Assembly (NCBI RefSeq): GCF_000255295.1
Contig: NC_017030.1
Span: forward strand, 6,038,328-6,102,327
DNA: 64,000 nt
Direction of reading: 5' to 3'
Source of the DNA: Corallococcus coralloides DSM 2259
Lineage (GTDB): Bacteria; Myxococcota; Myxococcia; Myxococcales; Myxococcaceae
The position numbers and the translations under genes are program-made. Below are positions 45,933 through 55,689 of the stretch, in pieces. The notes under the pieces were generated by a model. That model had not been told where the DNA came from. It saw nothing but the letters and a program-made list of their open reading frames with translations, and ran no database searches. Numbering within the stretch: position 1 is the first letter of the stretch; each line of letters opens with the position of its first letter.

Positions 45933-46973
45933 CTACCGTGCAGCGGACTTCCGGCGCATCAGGAACACGCCCAGGCCCACGCCTGCGGCCCACTTCGCCG
46001 CGGCGGCCAGCGGCGTCTTGCTCAGCGCCACCGGGCGGCTCTCGTACAGCGGCTGCGGCGGAACCGGACGGAAGTCCGTGGCGCCGGGGAGGTTCGCGCC
46101 CTTCTCCTCCGCCTCCGTCTTCGTCACGTTCGGTCCCGGCGCGTCCGGATCCCGCGCGCCCGGCGCCTTCCCGTCCGGCGACTTGTGCTCAAGGATGCCG
46201 TTGATCTCCGCGCCCAGCAGCACGACCATGCAGGAGATCTGCATCCACAGCAGCATCACGATGACGCCGCCGATGGCGCCGTAGTTCACGTCGTACGAGC
46301 CGAAGTTCGCCACGTACTTCGAGAACCCCCACGAGGCGATCACCCAGATGACCACGCTCACCACCGAGCCCGGCGTGATGAACTTGAACTTCTGCTTCAC
46401 GTCCGGCAGCACGTAGTAGAGCACCGCCAGCAGCAGCATCATCAGGATGCCCGCCACCGGCATGCGCAGCCACAGCACGAGGCTGGTGAATGGCTCCCCG
46501 AGCTTGTCCGCGATGGCCGGCGTGACGATGGCGACGAGGGCCGCCAGCACCACCGTGACGGCCGTGCCCAGCGTCGTCAGCAGCGCGATGCCACGCTTCT
46601 TCCAGAACGGGCGCTTCTCCGTCACGCCGTAGACCGTGTTGAGCGCGTCCATCAGCGCCACCACACCGCCGGAGGCCGCCCAGACGGCGCCCACGCCACC
46701 GATCGTCAAAAGCCCCACCGGATTGCTGGTCGCCAGCGCCTCCAGCCGCTCGCCCAGGATCTTCGTCACCTCCTGGGGCGCCACCTTCGACAGCTCCTGG
46801 ATGAGCTGCTGCGCCTGGTGCGGATCAATCAGCACACCGGCCAGTGACACGAGGAACAGCAGGAACGGGAACAGCGCCATGATGGCGGAGAACGTCAGCG
46901 CGCCCGCGACGTTGCCCACGTTGTCGCGCCCCCACTCATCCTTGAGGGACTTGAAGAACTCCTTCCAACTCAT
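45933..46973 (-). CDS. YihY/BrkB (virulence factor BrkB / RNase-BN-like) family inner-membrane protein
   Basis: ATG at 46971-46973 (MSWKEFFKSL). There are six predicted TM helices, plus the conserved NVGNVAGALTFSAIMALFPFLLF and VANFGSYDVNYGAIGGVIVMLLW segments. Confidence 0.8.
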   Translation of the reverse strand: MSWKEFFKSLKDEWGRDNVGNVAGALTFSAIMALFPFLLFLVSLAGVLIDPHQAQQLIQELSKVAPQEVTKILGERLEALATSNPVGLLTIGGVGAVWAASGGVVALMDALNTVYGVTEKRPFWKKRGIALLTTLGTAVTVVLAALVAIVTPAIADKLGEPFTSLVLWLRMPVAGILMMLLLAVLYYVLPDVKQKFKFITPGSVVSVVIWVIASWGFSKYVANFGSYDVNYGAIGGVIVMLLWMQISCMVVLLGAEINGILEHKSPDGKAPGARDPDAPGPNVTKTEAEEKGANLPGATDFRPVPPQPLYESRPVALSKTPLAAAAKWAAGVGLGVFLMRRKSAAR

Positions 46974-47140
46974 TCCCCTGCCGGGCAGGACCATGCGTCT
47001 CCTCCTTGGAGGAGATTGGGCATTCCATCCCCCGGCTGGCTTCCTCCCTCGGGACGAGGCCTGCCCCCCTGCCTGCTCACCGCGCAGGAGGCGGGGAATG
47101 ACAAGCCCCCCGCGCCACGCCTGCCCGGCCGCCCTTTGCG

Positions 47141-47686
47141 TCAGAAAACGGGCAGCACGGGCGCGTCCTTCAGCTGGGGCGCGCGCTGATCCTTCGGGGA
47201 AAGCAGGGGCTCCTTCACCGGCCAGGGGATGGCCAGGTCCGGATCATTCCAGGCCACGCTGCGCTCGGACTCCGGGGAGTACAGCGCGGTGCACTTGTAG
47301 AAGAAGTCCGCCGAGTCGCTCACCACGCAGAACCCGTGCGCGAAGCCCGCCGGCACCCAGAGCTGGTGCTTGTTCTCGCCCGTCAGCTCCGCGGCCACCC
47401 AGCGGCCGAACGTGGGCGACCCCTTGCGGATGTCCACCGCCACGTCCCACACCGCGCCCGCCAGGCACTGCACCAGCTTGCCCTGCGCGTTCGGCTCCTG
47501 GAAGTGCAGCCCTCGCAGCGTGCCCTTCACCGAGCGCGACAGGTTGTCCTGCACGAACGGGCCGACCACGCCCACGTCCGCGTAGCGCTTCGCGTGGAAG
47601 GACTCGAGGAAGAAGCCCCGGTCATCGCCGAACACCTTCGGCTCGATGAGCAGGACGTCCGGAATCGCCAGTGGGGTCACCTTCAC
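47141..47686 (-). CDS. rmlC: dTDP-4-dehydrorhamnose 3,5-epimerase
   Basis: GTG start at 47684-47686 ([26 protein letters not shown]). It overlaps the rmlA stop by 4 nt. RmlC cupin motifs are present. Confidence 0.85.
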   Translation of the reverse strand: MKVTPLAIPDVLLIEPKVFGDDRGFFLESFHAKRYADVGVVGPFVQDNLSRSVKGTLRGLHFQEPNAQGKLVQCLAGAVWDVAVDIRKGSPTFGRWVAAELTGENKHQLWVPAGFAHGFCVVSDSADFFYKCTALYSPESERSVAWNDPDLAIPWPVKEPLLSPKDQRAPQLKDAPVLPVF

Positions 47687-48564
47687 GACACCGCCCCCCG
47701 CTTCTCCACCAGGTCCAACAGGTACTGGCCGTACTCGTTCTTGCGCATGGGCTCCGCCAGCGCCGTCAGCCGCTGCTCGTCGATGTAGCCCATGCGGAAG
47801 GCGATCTCCTCCGGACAGGCCACCTTGAGGCCCTGACGGCGCTCGATGATCTCGATGTAGTTGGAGGCCTGCATCAGCGACTCGTGCGTGCCGGTGTCCA
47901 GCCACGCGTAGCCGCGTCCCATCAGCTCCACGTTGAGCTGGCCGCGGCGCAGGTACTCCGCGTTGACGTCGGTGATCTCGTACTCGCCGCGCTTGCCCGG
48001 CTTGAGGTTCGCCGCGATGTCGATGACCTGGTTGTCGTAGAAGTACAGGCCCGTGACGGCGTAGTGCGACTTGGGCTTCGCCGGCTTCTCCTCGATGCTG
48101 ACGGCCTTGTGCTGGGCGTCGAGCTCCACCACGCCGTAGCGCTCCGGATCCTTCACGTAGTAGCCGAACACCGTGGCGCCCTGCGTGCGCCTCGACGCGC
48201 GCTGGGTGAGCTCCCCCATGCCGTGGCCGTAGAAGATGTTGTCACCCAGGATGAGCGACACGGGGTCCTTCCCCACGAAGTCCCGGCCGATGACGAACGC
48301 CTGCGCCAGTCCCTCCGGGCGCGGCTGCTCGGCGTACTGGAGGCGGATGCCCCACTGCTCTCCGTCGCCCAGCAGCTCGCGGAAGCGCGGCAGGTCCTGC
48401 GGCGTGGAGATGATGAGGATCTCCCGGATGCCCGCCAGCATCAGCGTCGTCAGCGGGTAGTAGATCATCGGCTTGTCGTAGACGGGCAACAGCTGCTTGC
48501 TCACCACGCGCGTCAGCGGGTACAGGCGCGTGCCCGACCCCCCGGCCAGAACGATTCCCTTCAT
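47683..48564 (-). CDS. rmlA: Glucose-1-phosphate thymidylyltransferase
   Basis: ATG at 48562-48564. [18 protein letters not shown] is the canonical RmlA N-terminus. It is the C-terminal part of ORF 47683..49014. Confidence 0.9.
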   Translation of the reverse strand: MKGIVLAGGSGTRLYPLTRVVSKQLLPVYDKPMIYYPLTTLMLAGIREILIISTPQDLPRFRELLGDGEQWGIRLQYAEQPRPEGLAQAFVIGRDFVGKDPVSLILGDNIFYGHGMGELTQRASRRTQGATVFGYYVKDPERYGVVELDAQHKAVSIEEKPAKPKSHYAVTGLYFYDNQVIDIAANLKPGKRGEYEITDVNAEYLRRGQLNVELMGRGYAWLDTGTHESLMQASNYIEIIERRQGLKVACPEEIAFRMGYIDEQRLTALAEPMRKNEYGQYLLDLVEKRGAVS

Positions 48565-48635
48565 GCGTTCTCCCCTGTGTTCCACGGCCCGGCCGCGAAA
48601 CGGATGCGCGCGGCCGTGCCGCCACGCGCGGATGC

Positions 48636-49535
48636 TCAACCGGCGCGGTGCGCCTTCCAGGCCGCGTGGAAGCGCGCCAGGGACTCCGCCAGCTCCAGCG
48701 GTTGGGCCTTCAGCTCCGTGCGCACCTTGTCCGTCTTGAGGCCGCTGCGCAGCGGACGGGGGCTGGCCAGCTTCAGGTCCGCCATGCGCGTGGGCGTGAT
48801 CAGCGACGCGTCGAAGCCGAACACCTCGCAGAGCGCCCGGCCGAAGCCCACCCGGTCGATGACCGTGCCACCGCAGGTGTTCCACACCCCGCCGAGCCGC
48901 CGCTCCCCCAGCTCCACCAGCATGGCGGCCACGCTGTCCGCGAAGCTGGGGGACACCACCTGGTCCTCGAAGAGCTTCACCGGCTGGCCCTTCTCCAGCG
49001 CCCCCACCAGCCACGCCCCGAAGTTGGGGCGCCCCGCCGCGGGCCAGCCGTACACCACCGCGGTGCGCGCGATGGCACAGCCCGGCGCGAAGACGCGCGC
49101 GGCCTGCTCGGCCATGTGCTTGGTCAGCGCGTACACGCCGCGGGGGTTGGGCAGCGCGTCCTCGGAATACGGCCCCGCGTCCCCGTCGAAGACGTAGTCC
49201 GTGGAGACGTGCACCAGGTGCGCGCCCGCGAGCTTCGCCGCGCGGGCCACCGCCGCCGTGGCGTGGACGTTCGCCGCGTAGGCCGCGTCCGGGTCCTTCT
49301 CACACGCGTCCACCTCCGTCATGGACGCGGGGTGGATGATGGCCTCCGGACGGGCCTGGGCGATGGCCGCGGCCACGTCCTGCTCGCGCGTGAGGTCCAC
49401 CTCCACGTAGCCGTGCGTGCCGCCCGTGCGCCGGGGACCGCGCCCCAGGCCCACGACTTCATGTCCGCGCTCGGTCAGCTGCGCGCAGACGCGGCTGCCC
49501 ACCAGACCGTTGGCCCCCGTGACGACAAAGCGCAT
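48636..49535 (-). CDS. rmlD: dTDP-4-dehydrorhamnose reductase
   Basis: [16 protein letters not shown] is the Rossmann N-terminus. The RmlD YxxxK motif YALTK is present. Confidence 0.85.
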   Translation of the reverse strand: MRFVVTGANGLVGSRVCAQLTERGHEVVGLGRGPRRTGGTHGYVEVDLTREQDVAAAIAQARPEAIIHPASMTEVDACEKDPDAAYAANVHATAAVARAAKLAGAHLVHVSTDYVFDGDAGPYSEDALPNPRGVYALTKHMAEQAARVFAPGCAIARTAVVYGWPAAGRPNFGAWLVGALEKGQPVKLFEDQVVSPSFADSVAAMLVELGERRLGGVWNTCGGTVIDRVGFGRALCEVFGFDASLITPTRMADLKLASPRPLRSGLKTDKVRTELKAQPLELAESLARFHAAWKAHRAG

Positions 49536-49539
49536 GACG

Positions 49540-50565
49540 CTAACCCCGCCCCTGCAGACGGGCCTTGTACTGGGTGTCGAAGTACTGCCGGTAGGCGCCG
49601 CTGGTGACGCGCTCCCACCAGGCGCGGTTCTCCACGTACCAGGTCACCGTCTCCGCCAGCCCCTGCTCGAAGGTGTGCTTCGGCTGATAACCCAGCTCCG
49701 TGCGGATCTTCGTGGGGTCGATGGCGTAGCGGCGGTCATGGCCGGGCCGGTCCGCCACGTACTGGATGAGGGACTCGGGCTTCTTCAGGAGGCCCAGGAT
49801 GCCCTTGACGATCTCGATGTTGCGCCGCTCGGAGCCGCCGCCGATGTTGTAGACCTCGCCCGCGCGGCCCTTCTCCAGCGCCACCAGCAGGCCCTGGCAG
49901 TGGTCGTCCACGTGGAGCCAGTCGCGCACGTTGGCGCCGTCGCCGTAGACGGGCAGCGGTTTGTCGTGCAGCGCGTTCACCACCATCAGCGGGATGAGCT
50001 TCTCCGGGAACTGGTAGCGGCCGTAGTTGTTCGAGCAGCGCGTCACCACCACGTCCATCTTGAAGGTGTGGTGGTAGGCCAGCGCGACCAGGTCCGAGGA
50101 CGTCTTGGAGGCGGAGTACGGGCTGGAGGGCTGCAGCGGAGAGGTCTCCGTGAAGGCGCCCGTGGGCCCCAGCGAGCCGTAGACCTCGTCGGTGGAGACC
50201 ATCAGGAAGCGCTTCACGCCCCGGGCGCGGCAGGCCTCCAGGAGCTGCTGGGTGCCCAGCACGTTGGTGTGGATGAACACCTCCGGGCCCAGGATGGAGC
50301 GGTCCACGTGGCTTTCAGCCGCCAGGTGCATCACCGCATCGATGCCGTGCTGGACGATGAGGTGCTCGACCAGCTCCCGGTTGGCGATGTCACCGCGCAC
50401 GAAGACGTGCCGCGGGTCACCTTCCAGGTCGGCGAGGGTCTCGAGGTTGCCCGCGTACGTGAGCTTGTCGAGGTTGACGATCTTCCAGTCGGGCCGCTCG
50501 CGGCGGAGGTACTTCACCAGGTTGGAGCCGATGAAGCCGCAGCCCCCTGTCACCAGGACGTTCAT
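49540..50565 (-). CDS. rmlB: dTDP-glucose 4,6-dehydratase
   Basis: ATG at 50563-50565. MNVLVTGGCGFIGSNLV, the YSASK catalytic motif, and extended-SDR features are present. Confidence 0.9.
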   Translation of the reverse strand: MNVLVTGGCGFIGSNLVKYLRRERPDWKIVNLDKLTYAGNLETLADLEGDPRHVFVRGDIANRELVEHLIVQHGIDAVMHLAAESHVDRSILGPEVFIHTNVLGTQQLLEACRARGVKRFLMVSTDEVYGSLGPTGAFTETSPLQPSSPYSASKTSSDLVALAYHHTFKMDVVVTRCSNNYGRYQFPEKLIPLMVVNALHDKPLPVYGDGANVRDWLHVDDHCQGLLVALEKGRAGEVYNIGGGSERRNIEIVKGILGLLKKPESLIQYVADRPGHDRRYAIDPTKIRTELGYQPKHTFEQGLAETVTWYVENRAWWERVTSGAYRQYFDTQYKARLQGRG

Positions 50566-50679
50566 TGACACGCCACCACTCGTACGTCGGGAGAAAGCGC
50601 CCTCCGTAGCGGAGGGACGGATCCCCGTCAAGGCACGCGCGCGACCACTTGTGGCCGATGCGGGCCAGGGGTAAATGCC

Positions 50680-52326
50680 TTGCCCAACGTGAGCCTCTGG
50701 AACAGCAAGCGAGGGACCGCGTCCTCGAGCGCCGGAGCGGTCCACCAGCTCGTACCGCGGCTGGCCTGGGGCGACGCCGTGGGCAACCAGGTGCGCTACC
50801 TGCGCGACCTCCTGCGCGGATGGGGGTACGCGTCGGAGATCTACGCGGAGCAGTGGGACGAGGCGTGCCGGGACGATGTGCGCCCCGCGCTCGAGTACGC
50901 GCGCGACGCGGGCCGGGACACGGCGCTGCTCGTCCACCACAGCTTCGAGTCGCGGCTGGTGCCGCTCGTGGCCAAGGCGAAGGGGCGCAAGGCGCTGCTG
51001 TACCACAACGTCACCCCCGAGCGGTTCTTCGAGGGGACGGACCGCCACGTCGCCCGCGGCTGCATGCTGGCGCGCGATGAGCTGCTCCAGCTGCGCGAGC
51101 ACGTGACGCACGCCTGGGCGTACTCGCACTTCAGCGTGGAGGAGCTGTCCGCCGCGGGGTACCCGGACGCGAGCGTCCTGCCCTTCGCGGTGGACTGGAA
51201 CGCGTTCAACGTGCCGCCGGACGCGGCCCTGCGCGAGCAGGTGGAGGACGGGTGCTCCAACGTGCTCTTCGTGGGCCGCACCGTGCCCAGCAAGCGGCTG
51301 GAGGACGTGCTGCGCGTCTTCACCGCCTACCAGCGCCTGTACCAGCCCAAGAGCCGGCTGCTGGTGGCGGGGACGCTCTACAGCAGCGCGCCCTATGACG
51401 CGTCCGTGCTGGCGCTGCGCGAGCAGCTGGGCCCGGACCGCGTGGTGTTCCTGGGGCGGGTGGACGCCGCCCAATTGTCCGCGTGCTTCGCCTCCGCCAC
51501 CGCGTACCTCTCCATGAGCCGCCACGAGGGCTTCGGCGTCCCGCTGCTGGAGGCCATGTACCGGGGCGTGCCGGTGGTGGCCTACGGCGCCGCGGCGGTG
51601 CCGGAGACCATGGGCGGCGCGGGCCTCACCACCCTGTCGGACGACCCCTCGCAGGTGGCGGGGCTCCTGGCGGTGCTGGAGCGCGACCCCGCCCTGCGCT
51701 CACGGGTGGTGGAGGCGCAGCGCCAGCGACTGGCGTCACTGGACCAGCAGTCCGTGGCCCAGCGCGTGCGCGAGGCGCTCATGCCCTTCCTCCAGGGGGA
51801 CGCGCCCCCTCCCCGCCCGTCCGCCGGGCCCGCCGTCACCGTCGTGTGCCCGGGCTTCGACGCCGCGCCGGATGCGCCCATGTCCCGCCTGGCGCGCGCG
51901 GTGGTGGACCGGCTGCCGGACGCGAGCCTGTGGACGGTGCGCCGGCAGGTGCTGCCCCTGCAGCTGGCCCCGGGCGAGGAGCGCGAGGGCGTGACGCGGG
52001 TGCGGCGCTTCACGCCGGATGAGCCCACGTTCGGGTTGGACGGGGTCAGCCCGCCGTCGTCGTCCCTGGAGACGGGCGTGCGGTGCACCTCCGGGCCGTT
52101 GCTGTTCGCGGGCGCCGGTGAAGAGGTGGCCCGGCGCACGGTGTCGCGGCTGCCGGCGGACACGCGCGTCGCGGGCGTGTGGGAGCCCCGCCGCGCGCCG
52201 GACGCGGGGGTCCGCCAGGTCCTGGGAAAGAGGCTGTGGGAGCTCACCCCGGGGCGCGACCTGACGTCGCTGGCGGCGGAGCTGGCAAGAGAGCTGGACG
52301 TGGGAGGACACCCGCATGCGCGCTGA
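50680..52326 (+). CDS. Glycosyltransferase family 4 (GT-B) with C-terminal extension
   Basis: EGFGVPLLEAMYRGVPVV is the GT4 E-x7-E region. The start is uncertain: TTG at 50680, GTG at 50689, or an internal ATG. Confidence 0.75.
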   Translation: MPNVSLWNSKRGTASSSAGAVHQLVPRLAWGDAVGNQVRYLRDLLRGWGYASEIYAEQWDEACRDDVRPALEYARDAGRDTALLVHHSFESRLVPLVAKAKGRKALLYHNVTPERFFEGTDRHVARGCMLARDELLQLREHVTHAWAYSHFSVEELSAAGYPDASVLPFAVDWNAFNVPPDAALREQVEDGCSNVLFVGRTVPSKRLEDVLRVFTAYQRLYQPKSRLLVAGTLYSSAPYDASVLALREQLGPDRVVFLGRVDAAQLSACFASATAYLSMSRHEGFGVPLLEAMYRGVPVVAYGAAAVPETMGGAGLTTLSDDPSQVAGLLAVLERDPALRSRVVEAQRQRLASLDQQSVAQRVREALMPFLQGDAPPPRPSAGPAVTVVCPGFDAAPDAPMSRLARAVVDRLPDASLWTVRRQVLPLQLAPGEEREGVTRVRRFTPDEPTFGLDGVSPPSSSLETGVRCTSGPLLFAGAGEEVARRTVSRLPADTRVAGVWEPRRAPDAGVRQVLGKRLWELTPGRDLTSLAAELARELDVGGHPHAR

Positions 52327-52843
52327 GGACCTCATCACCGACGACCCCACCGTGAAGGCGGTGCTGGAGTCCCTGGAGCGGCTGCCCACGCCCGAGCCCG
52401 AGAAGGTGGAGGCACTGCGCCGACGGCTCGCCGCCACCCAGGCACAGCCCCCCAGCTCCGCGTGGCCCACGTTCCTGGAGGGCGCGCGGATGAAGCGCGA
52501 CGCGCGCTACGCGGATCCGCCTTCGTCCCACCGGCCCCTGGTGGGGCCCGCGCTGGTGATGGCCAAGCGCGCCTTCCGGCTGGCGTTCCAGCCCTTCATC
52601 AACGAGGCGCTCCGGCGGCAGGTGGAGTTCAACGAGGCCATCCTGGACGCGCTCGCGCTCATCCACGAGCACCAGCGCGTCCAGGCGCGCACGCAGTCCC
52701 TGTGGCGCCAGGAGGTGGAGCGCCAGCTGGAGCAGCTGACCTCGCGCCTGCCTCCTGTCCCGCCGGAGCCTTCGCCAGAGCCCTCCGGGGAGCCCGCTCA
52801 GGAGCCGCCGCGCCGGGCGCCCTCGCGGCGCCGTGGCCGCTAG
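52316..52843 (+). CDS. Hypothetical protein, overlaps the GT4 stop
   Basis: The ATG at 52316 overlaps the upstream stop by 11 nt. Composition is coherent. No domain. Confidence 0.4.
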   Translation: MRAEDLITDDPTVKAVLESLERLPTPEPEKVEALRRRLAATQAQPPSSAWPTFLEGARMKRDARYADPPSSHRPLVGPALVMAKRAFRLAFQPFINEALRRQVEFNEAILDALALIHEHQRVQARTQSLWRQEVERQLEQLTSRLPPVPPEPSPEPSGEPAQEPPRRAPSRRRGR

Positions 52844-53115
52844 CCCTCCTTGGGGGACGCGCGGAAGAGCTCATGGACGCCTTCAAAAAACCGGGCTTCC
52901 AGGCCGACAGCCTGGCGGACCGGGCGCACGCCCTGAAGAAGCTCCTCCGGCCGCTCGTCTCCCTGGCGGGCCAGGGGCTGGGCGCGGGGGCCCGGGGCCT
53001 GGGGCTGGAGGATGCAGGTATCTTCCTCACGCGCGTGAGCGGGAACCGGGCGTAGCGGGTTGTTCCCGCGTGCCATGAAACGGTAGAAGGCCCGGAAGAC
53101 GCAGGAAGGGGCTGA

Positions 53116-53814
53116 ATGGACACCCGACAGGGCCTCATCGTGTTGCTGGCCTTCAACGAAGAGGAGTGCATCGGCTCGACGGTGGCGGAGCTGCGCGAGG
53201 CGCTGCCGGAGTTCGACGTGCTCGTCGTGGACGACGGTTCCCGCGACGCCACCGCCCAGCGCGCTCGGGACAGCGGGGCGCGGGTGCTCAGCCATCCGTT
53301 CAACCTGGGCGTCGCCGCGGGCGAGGCCAGCGGCCTGCTGTTCGCGTCCCGCAACGGGTACGACCACGTCATCCGCATGGACGGCGACGGCCAGCATGAT
53401 CCGGCGTCCGTGCCCGCGCTGCGCGAGGCGCTCCAGTCGGGCGTGGAGCTGGTCATCGGCAGCCGCTTCGCGGGCGTCACCAGCTTCCGCTCCACGTGGC
53501 TGCGCCGCTTCGGCAACCGGTTCCTGGCGGGCCTGCTGTCCTCGCTGAGCCGCCACCGCATCACCGACCCCACCTCCGGCTTCCGGGGCTTCGGTCCGCA
53601 GGCGATCCGCTTCTTCGCGCGCGTCCACCCGCACGACTACCCGGAGCCGGAGAGCGTGCTGATGGCGGCGCGGCAGGGCTTCGCCATCGCGGAGGTGCCG
53701 GTGCGCATGCGTCCGCGCCTCACCGGCACCAGCTCGCTGACGCCGTGGAAGTCGGCCTTCTACATGGCGAAGGTGTCCTTCGCCCTGCTCATGGAGCGGG
53801 TCCGTCCCGTCTGA
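53116..53814 (+). CDS. Glycosyltransferase family 2, polyprenol-phosphate sugar transferase type (DPM1/ArnC/GtrB-like)
   Basis: Typical GT2 polyprenol-phosphate glycosyltransferase motifs are present: LAFNEEECIGSTV, VVDDGSRDAT, DGDGQHDP, TSGFRGF. Confidence 0.85.
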   Translation: MDTRQGLIVLLAFNEEECIGSTVAELREALPEFDVLVVDDGSRDATAQRARDSGARVLSHPFNLGVAAGEASGLLFASRNGYDHVIRMDGDGQHDPASVPALREALQSGVELVIGSRFAGVTSFRSTWLRRFGNRFLAGLLSSLSRHRITDPTSGFRGFGPQAIRFFARVHPHDYPEPESVLMAARQGFAIAEVPVRMRPRLTGTSSLTPWKSAFYMAKVSFALLMERVRPV

Positions 53815-53819
53815 TTCCC

Positions 53820-54230
53820 ATGTTTCGCTCCAGCTTCATTGGCGTGGCCTTCGCGGCCGCCTTCGCCTTCAGCGTCCTGTGGTCGGCCCGGGGCCGGCGC
53901 ACCAGCGAACGGCACACCTTCGCGTGGCTGCTGGTGGCGGTGGCCATCGCGGGCCTGTCGCTGTGGCGCCACGGCATCGACGCGCTGGCGACGGCCATGG
54001 GCATCTATTACGCCCCGTCCGCCCTCTTCTTCATCGCCCTGTCGTGCCTCATGTGGCTGGTGTACCGGCTGAGCCTCCAGGTGGCCGACCAGCGCCAGCA
54101 GCTCAAGCGGCTGGCCCAGGAGGTCGCCCTGCTCACCTCCGCGGAGGCCGAGCGCGCCGTGCGTGCGCAGCCCCGTCCTGAAGCCATCTCCCCCGCCGTC
54201 GCCGCCCGGCGCGACTCGCACGCCGTCTGA
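53820..54230 (+). CDS. DUF2304-family small membrane protein
   Basis: ATG at 53820 (MFRSSFIGVAFAAAFAFSVLW). It has three TM helices and a coiled C-terminus. It lies immediately after the GT2 gene, as is typical for DUF2304. Confidence 0.7.
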   Translation: MFRSSFIGVAFAAAFAFSVLWSARGRRTSERHTFAWLLVAVAIAGLSLWRHGIDALATAMGIYYAPSALFFIALSCLMWLVYRLSLQVADQRQQLKRLAQEVALLTSAEAERAVRAQPRPEAISPAVAARRDSHAV

Positions 54231-54257
54231 GGGCCCACCGGGCCCCACCCGTCCTCC

Positions 54258-55655
54258 ATGCTTCCGTCTTCACCGTCCCCGTCCCCGCTGCGTCCGTTCT
54301 TCATCGCGCCCGTCGTGGCCTTCCTCGTCGTGGCCGCCGTGCTGGGCGCGGTGCTGAGCTTCCTCACGCCCCCGTTCCAGGTGGCGGACGAGCCGGCGCA
54401 CTTCTACCGCGCGTACCAGATCTCCCAGGGGCAGCTGACGGCCACGCGGATGCCCGGAGGTGACGCGGGTGGGCAGCTCCCGCGCAGCATCGTGCGGGTG
54501 GCGCAGGACGTGTCCGCGGGCGTGGGCGGCAATCCCGGGGCGCGCCAGGACCGGCAGCGCCTGCGCGAGGCGATGCACGCGGCGCTGGCGCCCCAGGACA
54601 CCCAGGAGTGGGGCTTCGCCGCATCCTCCATCTACTTCCCGCTGGTCTACTTCCCGCAGTCGCTGGGCATGGCGCCCGCGCGGATGTTGGAGGCGCCCCC
54701 GGTGGTGGTGCTGTGGGCGGGCCGGCTGGCCAACATGCTGGTGGCGCTGGTGCTCACCGCGGTGGCGCTGCGCCTGATGCCCTTCCAGCGGTGGGCCTTC
54801 GCGCTGCTGGCGCTCACGCCCATGGTGCTCTTCCAGCGCGCGTCCGTGTCCGCGGACCCCATCACGATGTCGGCGTGCCTGCTGCTGGTGGCGCTGTCGC
54901 TGCACTTCACGTTCGCGCACCCGGAGCCCCTGGGTGCGAAGCAGCTGGGCCTGCTGCTGGCGAGCGCGGTGTTCGTGGCGCTGTGCAAGCAGGCCTACCT
55001 GCCGCTGTCGCTGGTGTTCCTGCTGCTGCCGCTCGCCCGGCTGGGGACGCGCGGCCGCTACGCCCTGGCCCTGGCCGCCATCGTCACCGTGCCCGCGCTG
55101 CTCCAGTTCGCGTGGTCCTCCACGGTGCGGGACGTCTTCCGTCCCAGCGAGGTGGTGGCGCAGGTGGCCCACGTGCGCGCGCACCCCTTCCAGGTGCTGG
55201 GCGTGCTGGTGCGTGACTTCTGGAACCGGCTGCCGGACTTCCTGCATCAGGGCGGCGGCGTGCTGGGCTGGCTGGACACGCCGGTGCCCCGCTCCGCCCT
55301 CTTCGCCCTGGCCGCGCTGCTCTTCGGGGTGATGGCGCTGGACGCGAACAAGGACGCGCCGAAGGTGGGCTGGCGCGAGCGCGCGGTGGCGCTGGGGGTG
55401 GCGGCGGCGGGCGTGCTGGCCATCCAGGCCATGCTGTACCTGGCGTGGACGGCGCCGGGCGCGAACCACGTGGACGGGGTGCAGGGCCGCTACCTGCTGC
55501 CCTACGCGCCGCTGCTGGTGGTGGCGCTGGCCCCGCCCGCCTGGGTGCCGAGCGGACTGACGCGCTTCAAGCCGGTGCTCATCGCCGGCTTCCTCGTGCT
55601 CACCGCGGCGGTGACGCTCACCACGGTGTACCAGCGCTACTACGGCCCGGCGTAG
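54258..55655 (+). CDS. DUF2142-family polytopic membrane protein (putative membrane glycosyltransferase)
   Basis: It has about 11 predicted TM helices. Together with the two upstream genes it forms the conserved GT2/DUF2304/DUF2142 arrangement. Confidence 0.7.
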   Translation: MLPSSPSPSPLRPFFIAPVVAFLVVAAVLGAVLSFLTPPFQVADEPAHFYRAYQISQGQLTATRMPGGDAGGQLPRSIVRVAQDVSAGVGGNPGARQDRQRLREAMHAALAPQDTQEWGFAASSIYFPLVYFPQSLGMAPARMLEAPPVVVLWAGRLANMLVALVLTAVALRLMPFQRWAFALLALTPMVLFQRASVSADPITMSACLLLVALSLHFTFAHPEPLGAKQLGLLLASAVFVALCKQAYLPLSLVFLLLPLARLGTRGRYALALAAIVTVPALLQFAWSSTVRDVFRPSEVVAQVAHVRAHPFQVLGVLVRDFWNRLPDFLHQGGGVLGWLDTPVPRSALFALAALLFGVMALDANKDAPKVGWRERAVALGVAAAGVLAIQAMLYLAWTAPGANHVDGVQGRYLLPYAPLLVVALAPPAWVPSGLTRFKPVLIAGFLVLTAAVTLTTVYQRYYGPA

Positions 55656-55689
55656 GAGCCGGGCCGGTGTTTCCATCCACCCCCGCGGT

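Noticed and set aside
47671-49197. 508-aa plus-strand ORF across rmlA/rmlD and ORFs 55696..59301 (+), 59487..61373 (+), 61660..63387 (+)
   Set aside because: All are antisense to genes with strong rml or glycosyltransferase homology. They have the characteristic R/A/G/H-rich composition of antisense frames.
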